Positions 26,892 to 41,135 of a DNA stretch of 64,000 nucleotides are shown here, one piece after another. Position numbers and translations under genes: made by a program. Within the stretch, counting starts at the first letter, position 1; each line of letters starts with the position of its first letter. The notes beneath the pieces are model-generated. The model made no database searches. It worked only from the letters and a program-made list of their open reading frames with translations, and had not been told where the DNA came from. The stretch is taken from the NCBI GenBank assembly GCA_038087875.1, contig CM075987.1, positions 24,802,001-24,866,000 on the forward strand, in the 5' to 3' direction. Origin of the DNA: Malacoraja senta. Lineage: Eukaryota.

Positions 26892-27950
26892 ATTCTCTTG
26901 GCCCCATTCTCTTCTCCCTGTATATGCTCCCCTTAGGCCAAGTCATTGAAAGGCACGGCATTTCCTTCCATTGCTACGCAGACGATACACAACTCTATCT
27001 CCCCCTGAAGCCCAAAAACCAATCAAATCTGTTTAACCTTACCCACTGCCTCGAGGATATAAAGTGTTGGATGGCCCAGAACTTCCTCCAACTAAATGAG
27101 AGTAAGTCTGAGGTCATCCTTCTCGGCCCCTCGGACTCAATCAAAATGATAGCAGGCAGCCTTGGAAGCCTTACCCCACTACTCAAACCTCACGTCAAAA
27201 ACCTTGGCGTGATATTTGACTCAGCACTGAAATTTGACAAACAAGTCAATGCCGTGGTAAAAGCTAGCTTCTTTCAGCTTCGGACGATAGCTAAAATAAA
27301 ACAATTCCTCCAGTTTGATGACCTGGAAAAGATCATCCACACATTCATCTCCTCCCGCCTAGATTACTGCAACTCCCTTTACACTGGCATCAGCCAATCT
27401 TCCCTGTCCCGCCTGCAACTGGTCAAAACGCCGCAGCGAGACTCCTGACGGGCACCCGAAAAAGGGACCACATCACCCCGATCCTGGCCTCTCTCCACTG
27501 GCTCCCTGTGCGGTTCCGTACAAACTTCAAGATCCTCCTCCATGTCTACAAAGCCCTCAATGGGCTTGCCCCCACCTACATAAAAAGTCTTCTCACCCAC
27601 CACTCCACCTCCAGGCCCCTCAGATCGGCCGACTTGGGGTTGCTGAATATCCCACGGTCTAGGCATAAGCTCAGGGGCGACCGCGCCTTTGCGGTTGCAG
27701 ATAGACTGTGGAACAGCATCCCCCCTTCCCATCAGAACTGCCCCCTCCATCGACTCTTTTAAGTCAAGACTAAAGACTTATCTATACTCCCAAGCCTTTC
27801 CTGACGTCCTCTGAGTGAGGGCTGCATGTATATATGTATGTAGTTTGTTTTGTTTATATTATTCTTATAACAAATGTAAAGCACTTTGGCCAACGAGAGT
27901 TGTTTTTTAAATGTGCTATATAAATAAATGTGACTTGACTTGACTTGACT
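26892..27950 (+). mobile_element. L2-clade LINE, 5'-truncated, frameshifted
   Basis: Motifs LGPILFSLYM, YADDTQLY, VKNLGVIFD, SRLDYCNSL and LHWLPV. Tail AATAAATGT(GACTT)n. Confidence 0.88.
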
Positions 27951-29118
27951 AACAGAATCAAGGGATATGGGGAGAAAGCAAGAATGCTTTCTTGTTTTAT
28001 GTTTTATGCTTAATTGTTTACTGTGTGTCGTGTTGTTACTTGTGAGCGGAGCACCAAGGCAAATTCCTTGTATGTGTAAATACTTGGCCAATAAACTGAT
28101 TCATTCATTCATTCATTCATTGTGGCCATCTTCACTCTTGGCATTTTTCAGAAAACAACACCAAGCAGGGATTGCAAATGAGTTCAGCAAGACAATTCAC
28201 GAGTCGACTGGTTTCCAAACGTGGCTTTAGAGAAGAAGGTAAAGGCTTGAAGGAGGCAGTCGCAGAGGAACAATGAAACAAGCAACCTAAAGTCACCCTG
28301 AATTACAAAACTTACTTCAGCAATTCAGCTGAATTTAATACAATTAGTTCTTTTCTTAATTGTGTGTCAACAAAACTGCAGTTTTTGCAATCAGCGTAGC
28401 ATCCTATCATAAAATTACATAACTGGCATAGGAATCACTGATTACACTGCACATCTGTGCCACAGCACGATTGTAAACAATTATATCAGGCGCGGTTGCG
28501 CAGCGGTAAAGTTGCTGCCTTACAGCGCCTGAGACCCGGTTTCGATCTTGACTACGGGTGCTTGTCTGTACGGAGTTTGTACGTTCTCCACCGTGACCTG
28601 CGTGGGTTTTCACCGGGAGCTCCGGTTTCCTCCCACACTCCAAAGGCTTTGGTAAAATTGTAAATTGTCCCCAGTGCATGTAGGATAGTGTTAGTGTGCG
28701 GGGATCGCTAGTCGGCGCGGTCTCGGCGGGCTGAAGGGCCTGTTTCCTTGCTGTGTCTCCAAACTAAACTGAACTAAATATTAAGCGGCTTGAAATGTGG
28801 AGAGAAGGTCAAATTTTGGAGAAGAAAAACAGTATTTCTTAAAAATAATCATGGAGTCCGTTGCCCGTGGAGCCCCCACACTTTATTTCCCATTAAGTGA
28901 TCCATGAATCCTGAAGGGATAGAGGAAACAGCTGCATTTAGCCACTTATTTTCATTCTCTAGAGATTCAACTGACCTCTTTTTCCTAAAAAATGGCTGTG
29001 AAAATTCACGTCACTTGTAGATTTCAAGTTGTTCCTTTATTTCCAATTATTGGCCTTCTGTCTGAAGAAACTTAACTCTTTCTGATGGCGTATACAAAAG
29101 CACCTCCAAATGTGTATC

Positions 29119-29310
29119 AAAATGTTCAAGAAGGAACTGCAGATGCTGTTAAATCGAAGGTAGACAAAAATGCTGGAGAAACCCAGCGGGTGAGGCAGCA
29201 TCTATGGAGCGAAGGAAATAGGCAACGTCTCGGCCCGAAACGTCACCTGTTCCTTCGCTCCATAGATGCTGCCTCACCCGCCGAGTTTCTCCAGCATTTT
29301 TGTCTACCTT
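29119..29310. mobile_element. Penelope-like terminal repeat, inverted pair
   Basis: Inverted arms. Imperfect direct repeat CC(T)yCAAATGTkTATC on both sides. Confidence 0.75.
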
Positions 29311-29912
29311 CAAATGTTTATCTCCAGTTTCCCTCTCCCCTGTCTCTCAGCCTGGAGAAGGTATTCGATCTGAAATGTCACCTATTCCTCTCTCTCTCTC
29401 TCTCGAGAGAGAGAGATGTAAAAATAAAAGTTCTGGACCTGCCAGTGATACTGTTGGCGGGCATCAACCTGATGCATGCAGCCTCAGATAATGCACTGAA
29501 GTGGAGTCTTCATTTGCTACAGTCCTTGGGGTTCGGTCATCACCTTAATGGTCTGTCTAAGATGCCGACAGCAACTTCACAGGACCTGATGAAGTCCCAG
29601 GATTCTCTTACAGATACTTTAAGGCAGTGACGCATTACAGGTTTATTTTCTCAGAGTTTAGTTTAGTTTAGAGATACAGCAGGGAAGCAGGCCCTTCGGC
29701 CCACCCAGTCCGCGGCGACCAGCGATCCCCGCACGCACTAACACTAGACTAGGGACAATTTACAATTTTACCTGCAGACCTGCACGTCTTTTGAGCGTGG
29801 GAGGAAACCGGAGCTCCCGGAAAAAAACCCACGCAGGTCACGGGGAGAACGTGCAAACTCCGTACAGACAGCACCCGTAGTCGGGATCAAACCCGGGTCT
29901 CTGGCGCTGTAA

Positions 29913-30502
29913 TGCCCCTGTCCCACTTAGGAAACCTGAACGGAAACCTCTGGAGACTTTGCGCCCCACCCAAGGTTTCCGTGCGGTTCCCGGAGGTTTT
30001 TGTCAGTCTCCCTAATGGTCGAAAGTGGTTTACGCTTCTTCTATGTTCCGGCGATTATTTCAAAAAATTCAAAACCGGCCACGGATAAAAATAGGTTGCC
30101 GTTTTATAAATCGGTAATTTTTTAGTCGAAGACGGTTGCGATGCTAGTTGAAGGTGGTTGCCGGAGGTTGCAGGAAGTGGAAGGTAAGACCTTTTTTTTC
30201 ACCCAGTTCTATTCCACCAGGGAGGTCTTACCTTCCACCACCTGCAACCTCCGGCAACCACCTTCAACTAGCATCGCAACCGGCTTCGACTAAAAAATTA
30301 CCGATTTTTAAAACGGCAACCTATTTTTAGTCGCGGCCAGTTTTGAATTTTTTGAAATAATCGGCGGAGCATAGAAGAAGCGAAAACCACTTTCGACCAT
30401 TAGGGAGACTGACAAAAACCTCGTGGAACCGCACGGAAACCTTGGGTGGGGCGCAAAGTCTCCAGAGGTTTCCGTTCAGGTTTCCTAAGTGGGACAGGGG
30501 CA
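29913..30502. mobile_element. Foldback PIF/Harbinger-type MITE, family D, inserted in a SINE
   Basis: TIR starts TGCCCCTGTCCCACTTAGG; arms are ~280 bp; flanks TAA/TTA. Excision restores SINE sequence GGCGCTGTAAGGCAGC. Confidence 0.88.
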
Positions 30503-32299
30503 TTAGGCAGCAACTCTACCGCCGTGCCACCCCAGAGTTGGAGTGGAGGAGTTAGGGACAGGAAGGTGAGATGGTCTGGCTGGTAACAAATAAACAATAA
30601 AATAATTGGCTTCAGACCTAAAACGTAACTGTGATCGTTCCGCCTCCTTTAATCCCTTTAATAAATTCCGATATCACAGGCTCTTGGAGGGAGCACATAG
30701 CTATGAGAGCCGGCAAGGTAATTAGACTGAGAGGCAACGTTATTAGATGCCGGTGGTAATTCCAGTGGCTTCAGAAATGAACCATGGCTAATGGGAAAGT
30801 GAACAATTATTACTGCCTTCGCTGTGTTGATTACATTAGATTTATTGCTGTGGTAACGCTCCTTTCTCTAACATCCAGATGGGATGTATTCCCCCGCTGG
30901 GTAAATTACCAGCACAAAGCCGGCTTTGCTGTGGGGTTTTCATTTTCTTTATTTGAAAATGCGACGTCACTCTTCGCTTCCCTGGGTTTATTCACCAACA
31001 GGCATTTGAATTGGAGATTGCTGTTTTCGTCGAAGATTGGCACAAAATGCTGGAGTAACTCAGCGGGACAGGCAGTATCTCTGGGTGGAAGGAATTGGCG
31101 ATGTTTTGGGTTGAGACCCTTCTTCAGACCCACTCCTTCTCTCCAGAGATGCTGCCTGACCCGCTGAGTTACTCCAGCATTTTGTGTCTATCTTCGGTGT
31201 AAACCACCATCTGGAGTTCCTTCCTACACATGTTTCTGTTTTCATCGGAAGGGAAATATTTGATGTACATTTAAACCATTTTCCCTTGAAATTAGATTAC
31301 ATAGCATACAAACACTTGATCCAAGTTCTATATAAACATTTAGGGTGGTGCAGCGGTAGAGTTGCTGCCTTGCAGTGCCAGGGACCCGGGTTTGATCCTG
31401 ACTACGAGTGCTGTCTGTGCGGAGTTTGCACGTTCTCTCCTTGACTGCGTGGGTTTTACCCGGGTTCACCGGTTTCCTCCCACATTCCAAAGAGGTACAT
31501 ACGCGTTTGTAGATTCATTAGATTCGGGAAAGGTTGCAAATATTCCCTAGTGCGTGCAGGATGGTGTTAGTGTGCGGGGATCGCTGGTGGGTGTGGACTC
31601 AGTTGGACGAAGGGTCTGTTTCCACTCGGTAGCTCTAAACTAAACTGAACTCTCTACCAAGCTGACTCCTCTCCCGAGTTCTCCTCCGCCTGCCAGATCT
31701 TACCTCCCGATCACCTGACCCAGCGATCACCCTAGTCTCCATCTCATGGACCACTACAACCAGTGATCAACATAGAACGTAGAACAGTACAGGAACACGC
31801 AGCGGCTCCACACAGGGGAGTTTGTCCAACCTCTCACAGCTGGCATGGTGGCGCAGTGATAGTTACTGCCCTAAAGCGGCAGAACCCCGGGTTTGATCCT
31901 GACTATGAGATTCAGGCCCATCGGACCCCGAGTCCTCGTTGACCACCGATCCTCGTACACTAGCACCATCCTACACACACTAGGGACAATATACATACTG
32001 TATGTACCAAGCCAATTAACCTACAAACCGGCACGTCTTTAGAGTGTGGGAGGAAGCCAAAGATCACAGAGAAAACCCAAGCAGGTCACGGGGAGAACGT
32101 ACAAACTCCGTACAGACAGCACCTGTAGTCGGGATCGAACCTGGGTCTCTGGCGCTGTAAGGCAGCTACTCTACCGCTGCGCCACCAGTGAGAGATTGGA
32201 CCAACTTGTATTGTTTTCTCTGGAACGTTAGAGGCTGAGGGGGGGGGGGGGGGGGGGACCTGATAGAAGTATATAAAATTATGAGAGGCACAGATTGGG

Positions 32300-32865
32300 C
32301 AAAGAGTTGTTCGAGCTCCAGCGGGCGATGCCTAGCCCGGGTCGCCGCGCTGTGAGCTGAGGATCGCTGGAGAAGACATCGCGGAGCTGCAGGACTGTGG
32401 AGCGACCAGCTGCGGGCGGCGGCGCTGAACTTTACATCGGGAGCCTAGGATCTCTAGATGAGATCGCCAGTTGTGGAGCTCCAACCGGCGCGGCCTTGTT
32501 GGCTTCGGAAGCCGCGGCCCCCAGTGCGGAAACGGCCGTTCCAGGGTTCCCAGGCCGCTGGGAGGACTCTCCCGACGCCGGAACAACATCACCCGGCGAG
32601 AACGGCCTGGAACATCGGGCCTCCGTAGAGGCAACTGTGGAGGCCTCAATGGGCCCGACTGTGGGTGAACTGGGGTTGGGGACTGGACTTTGTGCCTTCC
32701 CTCATGGTGGGAGCCATTGTGGGGGGATGTTCAGTGTTAAGACTACCTTGGTGTTGTGTCTGTATTCTCTTCTCTTTTTTGTGTGCTGATAAATGGCAAA
32801 AAGCATTTCACTTCACTGCACCCGGGTGTATGTGAATGTGACTAATAAAATATCTTGAATCTTGA
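32300..32865 (+). mobile_element. GC-rich non-autonomous retroelement: same core, different tail
   Basis: Core matches ~10125-10510. Ends GTGACTAATAAAATA(TCTTGAA)2. Confidence 0.62.
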
Positions 32866-32874
32866 AATGTCAAA

Positions 32875-33187
32875 CTCCCCATTGGATTGCAACCTTGTCG
32901 TGGTCGGGGAGGTTGTGTGTCTCAGTGACCCCTAGAGCAAGGCCAGCGGGAGATTCGTCTCCTGTTAGGGTCTCCCATGCTGGACAGGTCGAAGGGTAGA
33001 GGCGAGACGAAGAGCGATCCACTGGTCCTCCAGGTTGGAGGTTGAGCACAGGGGCTAACAACCCTGTCTCGTAAAACAAATATGTTATGGAAACAGCAAC
33101 TGCAGGAATCAACACTACTGAGTGGAGGACCTTCGTTGCTGCCCTACATACCAGGAGGCATAATAGGCAATAATTAAGTAGTAAGTA
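32875..33187 (+). mobile_element. Short non-autonomous bipartite RTE-derived element
   Basis: RTE-like 5'UTR motifs (ACCTTGTCGTGG; TCCAGGTTGGAGGTTGAGCACAGGGGCTAACAACCC) fused to an RTE-like 3' end (WRTFVAALH, TAAGTA repeats). 11-bp TSD GAAATGTCAAA (32864-32874, 33188-33198). Confidence 0.78.
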
Positions 33188-35004
33188 GAAATGTCAAAGA
33201 CTAACTTGCGCATAGCTTTAAGGTGAAAGGGGTAATATTTAAAGATATGTGGGGCAAGTTCTATTAACACAGCGGGCCAGGTGGGCATCTGGAATGCCCT
33301 GCCAAAGGTGGTGATAGAGGCAGGTACAACAGTGGTGTTTAAGAGGCTCATGGATATATGGGGAATGGATGGATGTGGATCACGTGCAGGCAGAGATTAC
33401 TTTAACTTGGCATCATGTTCGGCACAGACAATGTGGGCCGAAGGGCCTGTTCCTGTACTTTGCTGTTCTGTGCTCTATCCACATTGGGCTGCCTCGAATG
33501 TGAGAACAAATGGTTTCACCCATAAATTACTCATCTTTGCCTTCATTGTCTACAACACCATGTATATCATTGGACCAGCGCTTGTTTAAAAAACAACCAA
33601 CTTGTTTTATCTAAATAGCTTCTGGCAATGGAAGCTACCAGCAATTCATCTTGGCTCTCTGTACCCTTTGACAGGCAATTCTATTCAGTTAAAAGCACGC
33701 GTAACCACCACAAAAGACAAGTCATTGTCATAACATTTTCCTGTCACCACCTGCTCATTTGCGAACTTATTTTCAACTGATGAGAAAATAATTCACCGCA
33801 ATTGATAAACTGAAAATGGCATCATTTTTTGCAGCATGGCGTTAAGAGCGAATAGCCGAACTACAAAACCCATTTCTAAATTGGCATTCTAAAGCCAATC
33901 TCTTGAAAACTAGAACAAGGACATAGAAAACTAACCACCCTACTAGAGATTACTCGAGAGCAGTCCTGAGTTGCTATCTACCTCATTCGAGACCCTCGGA
34001 CTATCTTTGATCGGACTCTACTGGACTTTATCACGCACTAAACATTATTCACGTTATTCCCTTTAACATGTATCTGTAGACTGTGAATGGCTCGATTGTA
34101 ATCATGTATTGTCTTTCCACTGACTGGTTAGCACGCAACAAAAGCTTTTCACTGTACCTCAGTACACGTGACAATAAACCAAACTCAACTCCTTGGTTGA
34201 TTCAGATCAGGTGAATGATTCACCTCCAGATTCAGGGACTGTTTCTCCCCAGCTGTTATCAGGCAACTGAACCATCCTACCAACAACGAGAGACTGATCC
34301 AGAGCTAGTATCTACCTCATTGGAGATCCTCGGACTATCCTTATTTGGACTTTACTGGACTTTGTCTTGCACTAAAGGTTATTCATGTTATTCCCTTGAA
34401 CATGATCATAGACAGGTACATGGATTGGACAGGTTTGGAGGGATATGGACCAAATGCATGCAGGTGGGACTAGTGTAGCTGGGACATGTTGGCCGGTGTG
34501 GGCAAGTTGGGCCAAAGGGCCTGTTTCCACACTGTATCACTCTATGACTCTATGTATCTATACACTGCGGATGGCTCGATTGTGATCATGTATTGTCCTT
34601 CCGCTAAACTGTCAGCATGCAACAAAGGCTTTTCACTGTACTTCGGAGCATGTGGATGAAAAACTAAACTAAACTAAATCTAAATTGAAGATAGACACAA
34701 AAAGCTGGTGTAACTCAGCGGGACAGGCGGCATGGACAAAAGGAATAGGTGGCATTTCGGGTCGAGACCCTTCTTCAGACTGAGAGGTTGCCTGACTTCA
34801 GTTTAAACCAACATCTGCAGTTCCTTCCTACACATTAAAACTAAACTGAGATGAATTCAAAAATCTGAATTTTAAAATTGATATTTTAGGTGAGATTGAA
34901 TAATTAATTCTTCTCCTGCTCAGTCAAAGCATATTTTGGGGAGCAGATTGTTGGTGGAGGCCTATCTAATGGCTTGAGATCCAATGACACTCCCTGCTCA
35001 AACA

Positions 35005-35610
35005 GTATCAGAGTATTGAGTATAGAAGTTGGGAGGTCATGTTGCAGTTATATAAGATGTTGGTGAGACTGCATTTAGAGCATTGTGTTCAGTTTTGTGT
35101 GCCATGTTATAGGAAATGTGTTGTCAATTTGGAAAGGGCACAGGGAAGATTTTACAAGGATATTGCCAGGACTGGAGCGTCTGAGCTATAGAGAGAGGTT
35201 GAGTAAGCTGGGTCTCTATTCCTTGGAGCGCAGGAGGATGCGGGGTGATCTTACAGAGGTACACAAAATCATGAGAGGAATAGATCAGGTAGACGCACAG
35301 AGTCTCTTGTCCAGAGTAGGGGAATCGAGGACCAGAGGACATAGGTTTAAGGTGAGGGGAGAAATATGTGATAGGAACCTGAGGGATAACTTTTTCACGC
35401 AAAGAGTGGTAGGTGTATAGAATGAGCTGCTGGAGGAAGTAGTTGAGGTAGGTACTATCCCAACGTTTAAGAAACATTTAGACAGGTACATGGATAGGAC
35501 AGGTTTAGAGGGATATGGGCCAAATGCTGGCAGGGCGGACTAGTGTAGATGGGGATATGTGGGCCGGTGTGGCACATTTTCACGTTGTAAAACTCTCTTT
35601 CTGTCTCTAT
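35005..35610 (+). mobile_element. Degenerate CR1 3' fragment
   Basis: Reads FTRILPGLERLSYRERLSKLGLYSLERRRMRGDL...NFFTQRVVGV. Confidence 0.85.
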
Positions 35611-38296
35611 GAGTGTCCTGGTTTGGGAGACCTGCACCACTGGCTGTCATAGTGTACACCACTCGCTCATTCATCTTGTCTTGATGTGAGACTCTGGCAC
35701 TAAGCTTTCAGGCCACCAACACACTTTCCAAATGGTAGACTTGAATGGATCTTCTCTCGACATTATGGGGAAATTGACGACCAAAAAGAAGCATCATGGA
35801 CCTCTTTCACTTCCTGCATTGGGTGCGTCAAGTCAAGAGTCAAGAGAGTTTATTGTCATGTGTCCCATATAGGAGAATGAAATTCTTGCTTTGCTTCAGC
35901 ACAACAGAATATAGTAGGCATAGAGTCAATGAAACATTCAGCATGCAATCTCCTCCATGCCAACCAAGACGCCTCATCTAAGCTAGTCCCATGTGCCTGC
36001 ATTTGGCCCATATTTCTCTAAATCTTTTCAGTCCATGTACCTGTTCAACTGTCTTTGAAATGTTGTTAAAATCTCGGCCTCAACTACCCCCTCTGGCAGC
36101 TTGTTCCATGTATCCACCACCGTCTGAATGAAAAGCTTACCCCTCAGCTCTTAAAGATAGCAGAGTCAGGGGCTATGGTGAGAAGGCAGGAAGGGGGTAC
36201 TGATTGGGGATGATCAGCCATGATCACAGTGAATGGCGGTGCTGGCTCGAAGGGCCAAATGGCCTACTCCTGCACCTCTTGTCTATTGTCTTCCAATTAA
36301 GTCTTCCTCTCTCACCTTAATCCTATAATTTTCACTTTTTGTTGTACCCATCCAAAATAAGCATGGACATGAAATTATTAACCGTGGCATCTGAAGGGTA
36401 CTTTACCTTGTGGACTTTGATGGAAATTGGAAAGGAGTTGAGGGGAAGAGAAGAGAATCACAGCAAGATGGAATAATGCAGGAAAGAAGAAAAAGACGGT
36501 GTGTTTAGTTTAGTTACAGATACAGCGTGGAAACAGGCCATTCGCTAATGCTATCCTACACACAATTTACAATTTTTACTGAAGCCAATTTACCTGCAAA
36601 CCCGCACGCCTTTGGAGTGTGGGAGGAAACCCGAGAGCCAGGAGAAAACCCACGCAGGTCACAGCGAGAACATATACCTAAATTCCACACAGACAGCACC
36701 CGTAGTCAGGATGGAACCCGGGTCTCTGGCGTTGGAAGGCAGCAACACGACCGCTGCGCCACCCTGCCTTCCTGTGTCCGTTCTCTGACAGATCTAATGT
36801 TTAGTGCCAGCCTGTGATCCTTTTCCCACAGACCGGTAATAGGCGGCAATTTAACATCTGACGCAGATCTGAATCCAATTAAAGTACAAATGCAAATGCA
36901 ATTTCACTCGGGGAAGAGATTTCATAATTAAACCCTTATTCACACTTGCCACCGCCTCTCGCGTAGAACTTGATTTTACAGTTTGTTGCTCTTCCCTGAG
37001 ATTCATTGATCAGTTTAATAATCGGGTCAGGAGATTCTTGGGAGCTGTCACTGTTCCATGGTGCATCTCAAATGGCAGAAACCGGAGATCCCGGAGAAAA
37101 CCCATGCAGATCACAGGGAGAACGTACAAACACCGTACATACAAGCACCCGTAGTCAGGATCGAACCCGGGTCTCTGGCGCAGCGAGGCAGCAACTCTAC
37201 AATTATACCACCATGTCGCCCAGGCATGTAGGTGATTTCCCATTCCTACGCCAGAGACCCGGGTTCGATCCTGACTACGGGTGCTTGTATGTACGGAGTT
37301 TGTACGTTCTCCCCGTGACCTGCGTGGGTTTTCTACGGGATCTCCGGTTTCCTCCCGCACTCCAATGACGTACAGGTTTGAAGGCTGAGTGGCTTGGTAT
37401 AATTGTAAATTATCTCTAGTGTGAGGGACAGTGTTAGTGTGCAGTGATCGCTGGTCGGCGCGGACTCGTGGAGGCCGAAGGGATTGTTTCCGCTCTGTAT
37501 CTTGATCTGTAAACTGAACCTGCTTCTCTTGGACATCTCAGCTGATCTCAGCTCTGTAAATTTAGTATTTAGTTCAGAGATACAACGTGTGATATCATCA
37601 CTTGATTCATACCTTAGTAACTGAAGTCCTCAACCACATTTAGTTTAGTTCACTATCAGATTGAGTACACAGGGAAATTGGAGGAACAGCATCTCAAATT
37701 TTGCTTGGGCAGTTTTGTAACCAAGTGGCATGAATATTGAATTCTCTAATTTCAAGTAACCATTGCATTCCCTCTCTCTCTCCATCCCTCCCCAACCCTA
37801 GTCCTCTTGCTAAACTCACCGCTTGTATCCCTTGGCTATCCGCAGCCCACAATGGATCATTGTGGGCTCCACCTTTCCCGAGTCAGGAAAATGCAGGCTC
37901 TGCTTTGTCCTGTACCTTCTCATACCTCCCGTTTCCCCCTCCCTGACTCTGAAGAAGGGTCTCGACCCGAAAACGTCACCTATTCCTTTTCTCCAGAGAT
38001 GCTGCCTAACCCGCTGAGTTACCCCAGCATTTTGTGTCTATTTTTAGTTTGGGTCCATTTAGAGATACAGCATGGAAACGGGCCGTTTGGCCAACCGAGT
38101 CCACACCAACCATCGATCTCCGATTCACACACGTTTCATGTCATCCCATTTTCAGATCCACTCCCTACACTTCTCAAACTATGGGCCCCCAACATAACAA
38201 CTCACACATCCTCGAAAAGGCCTCTCCCACAGCACAAGGAACAACACAAAACATCTGAGTTCAAACAAAATGATGAAACTGTAATGCATTTTCATC

Positions 38297-39190
38297 GTCA
38301 AGTCACATTTATTTCTATAGCACATTTAAAAAACAACTCTCGTTGGCCAAAGTGCTTTACATTTGTTATAAGAATAGTATAAACAAACAAATTACATACA
38401 TATATACATATAGCCTCGCTCAGAGGACGTCAAGAAAGGCTTGGGAGTATAGATACGTTTTTAGTCTTGACTTAAAGGAGTCGATGGAGGGGGCAGTTCT
38501 GATGGGAAGGGGGATGCTGTTCCACAGTCTAGGAGCTGCAACCGCAAAGGCGCGGTCGCCCCTGAGCTTATGCCTAGACCGCGGGATATTCAGCAACCCC
38601 AAGTCAGCCGATCTGAGGGACCTGGATGTGGAGTGGTGGGTGAGAAGGCTTTTAATGTAGGTGGGGGCGAGCCCATTGAGGGCTTTGTAGACAGAGGAGG
38701 ATCTTGAAATGTATACGGAACCGCACAGGGAGCCAGTGGAGAGAGGCCAGGATCGGGGTGATGTGGTCCCTTTTTCGGGTGCCCGTCAGGAGTCTCGCTG
38801 CGGCGTTTTGGACCAGTTGCAGGCGGGACAGGGAAGATTGGCTGATGCCAGTGTAAAGGGAGTCGCAGTAATCTAGGCGGGAGGAGATAAATGTGTGGAT
38901 GATCTTTTCGAGGTCATCAAGCTGGAGGAATTGTTTAATTTTAGCTATCGTCCGAAGCTGAAAGAAGCTAGCTTTTACCACGGCATTGACTTGTTTGTCA
39001 AATTTCAGTGCTGAGTCAAATATCACGCCAAGGTTTTTGACGTGAGGTTTGAGTAGTGGGGTAAGGCTTCCAAGGCTGCCTGCTATCATTTTGATTGAGT
39101 CCAAGGGGCCGAGAAGGATGACCTCAGACTTACTCTCGTCTAGTTGGAGGAAGTTCTGGGCCATCCAACACTTTATATCCTCGAGGCAGC
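38297..39190 (-). mobile_element. Second copy of the same L2 family
   Basis: Reverse complement of ~27045-27940 at high similarity. Confidence 0.88.
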
Positions 39191-41135
39191 GGGGATCCTC
39201 TGTGCTATTTTCACTTCTTATTTCCTTTGTGCCAATACCAGCTGCGAGCACTGGTTTATTTCCTTTATTTTAGTTTAAAGAAACAGCATGGAAACAAGCC
39301 CTTCGGCCCACCGAGTCCTCGCCGACCACCGATCACCCGTCCACACTGGCTCTGTGCTATTCGATTTTCATATTCACTCCCTACACACCAGGGGCAATTT
39401 ACAGACGGGCCAATTGACCTACAAACCCGCACGTCTTTGGGATGTGGGAGGAAACAGGAGCATCTCGGAGAAAACCCACGCGGTCACGGGGAGAACGTAC
39501 AAACTCGTGTTTCCGCGCTGTATGACTCTATGACCGCACCCGATGTCGGGATCGAACCCAGGTCTCTGGCGATGTGAGGCAGCAACTCTACCGCTGCGAC
39601 GCGGTGCCTCCCATTTTCCGAAGGTATTTTACAAGGATGCAAACCATATGCTCCTATCCACAAGTAAATGCTGTAGTCATGGACAGGTATTTACTACACA
39701 ACTGCAAAGAGCAACGGGCATATTTTTTTTCTAAATCACATCTTTGGAATTGCAACGTCTAATCCAATAACTTCACACACACTGGCCCATTTATCACGCT
39801 GAGGTTGATTTATATTCATGACGTGATATCTTAACATCATCTGACTCCCCGTTTAAACCAGCAGTAAACAGAGCATCTCAATTGTGACTGCTACTGATTT
39901 CATATACGTGACTAATAATTCGCCAAATACATTCGCCGCACGCCCCGGTTACTTCAAAGTTACATCAGCATTAATTTCACCGCACATTCTCCCTCGGGCT
40001 GGCGTAATGGTTGACACCTCATTATTCTTTTGGCGTAAATGCAAGAGGTCGGCCCCAGCGCACTTTGAAGATAGATGCCAAAGGGAGGCTGAATTTTCGA
40101 ATGCTCCTTCAACAATTTTCACTTCACTTCAGTTTCAGTTTAGTTTATTGTCACGTGCACCGAGGGACAGTGGAGAGCCTTTGTTGCGCGCTGACCAGCC
40201 GGCGGAAAGACAACACACGATTACAATCTCTGAAGAAGGGTCTCGACCCGGAACGTCACCCATTCCTTCTCTCCCGAGACGCTGCCTGTCCCGCTGAGTT
40301 CCTCCAGCTTTTTGTGTCTGTACACAATTACAATCGAGCTATCCCACTGAGGCTTCTTTTGTCCATGTCCTTGTGTTGGTGATCTCAATCTCCAGCTGCT
40401 CCCATGCACTCACTGCCCATACCATTCAGTTCAATGTAATTTAGAGATACAGCGCGGAAACAGGCCCTTCGGCCCACCGAGTCCGTGTCGACCATTACAC
40501 TAGAACACACTACCCACAGTTTACAATTTTACCAAAGCCAATTAACCTACAAACCTGTACATCTTTGGAGTGTGGAAGGAAACCGAAGCACCTGGGGAAA
40601 ACCCACGCGGCCAGGTGGAGAACGTACAAACTCCGTACAGACAGCACCCGAAGACAGGATGAAACCCGATCTCTGTCGCTGTAAGGCAGACACTCTACTG
40701 CTGCGCCGTCGTGCCGACCCTATATTTGTTTACAGATTATCACCACAGTCACCTCAGGTTTACTGGCAGTCTCCCTGCAGTTTAACAAACTTCTTTTCTC
40801 TCCTTTCCCATTATGACAAAGGATCTTCAACCTGAGGCATGTCAAAAATGCTGGAGAAACTCAGCTCCATAGATGCTGCCGCACCCGCTGCGTTTCTCCA
40901 GCATTTTTGTCTACCTTCGATTTTCCAGCATCTGCAGTTCCTTCTTAAACATTCAACCTGAGGCATAATGGTTTCTCTTCCCACAGATGCGGCCCGACCC
41001 GTTGATTGTTTCCAATATTTTTGGTTTTATTTTGTCATAAGTGATAGGAATAGAATTAGGCCACTCAGTCCGTCACTCAATTATGGCCGATCTATCTCTC
41101 CCTCCTAATCCCATTCTCCTGCCTTCCCCCCATAA

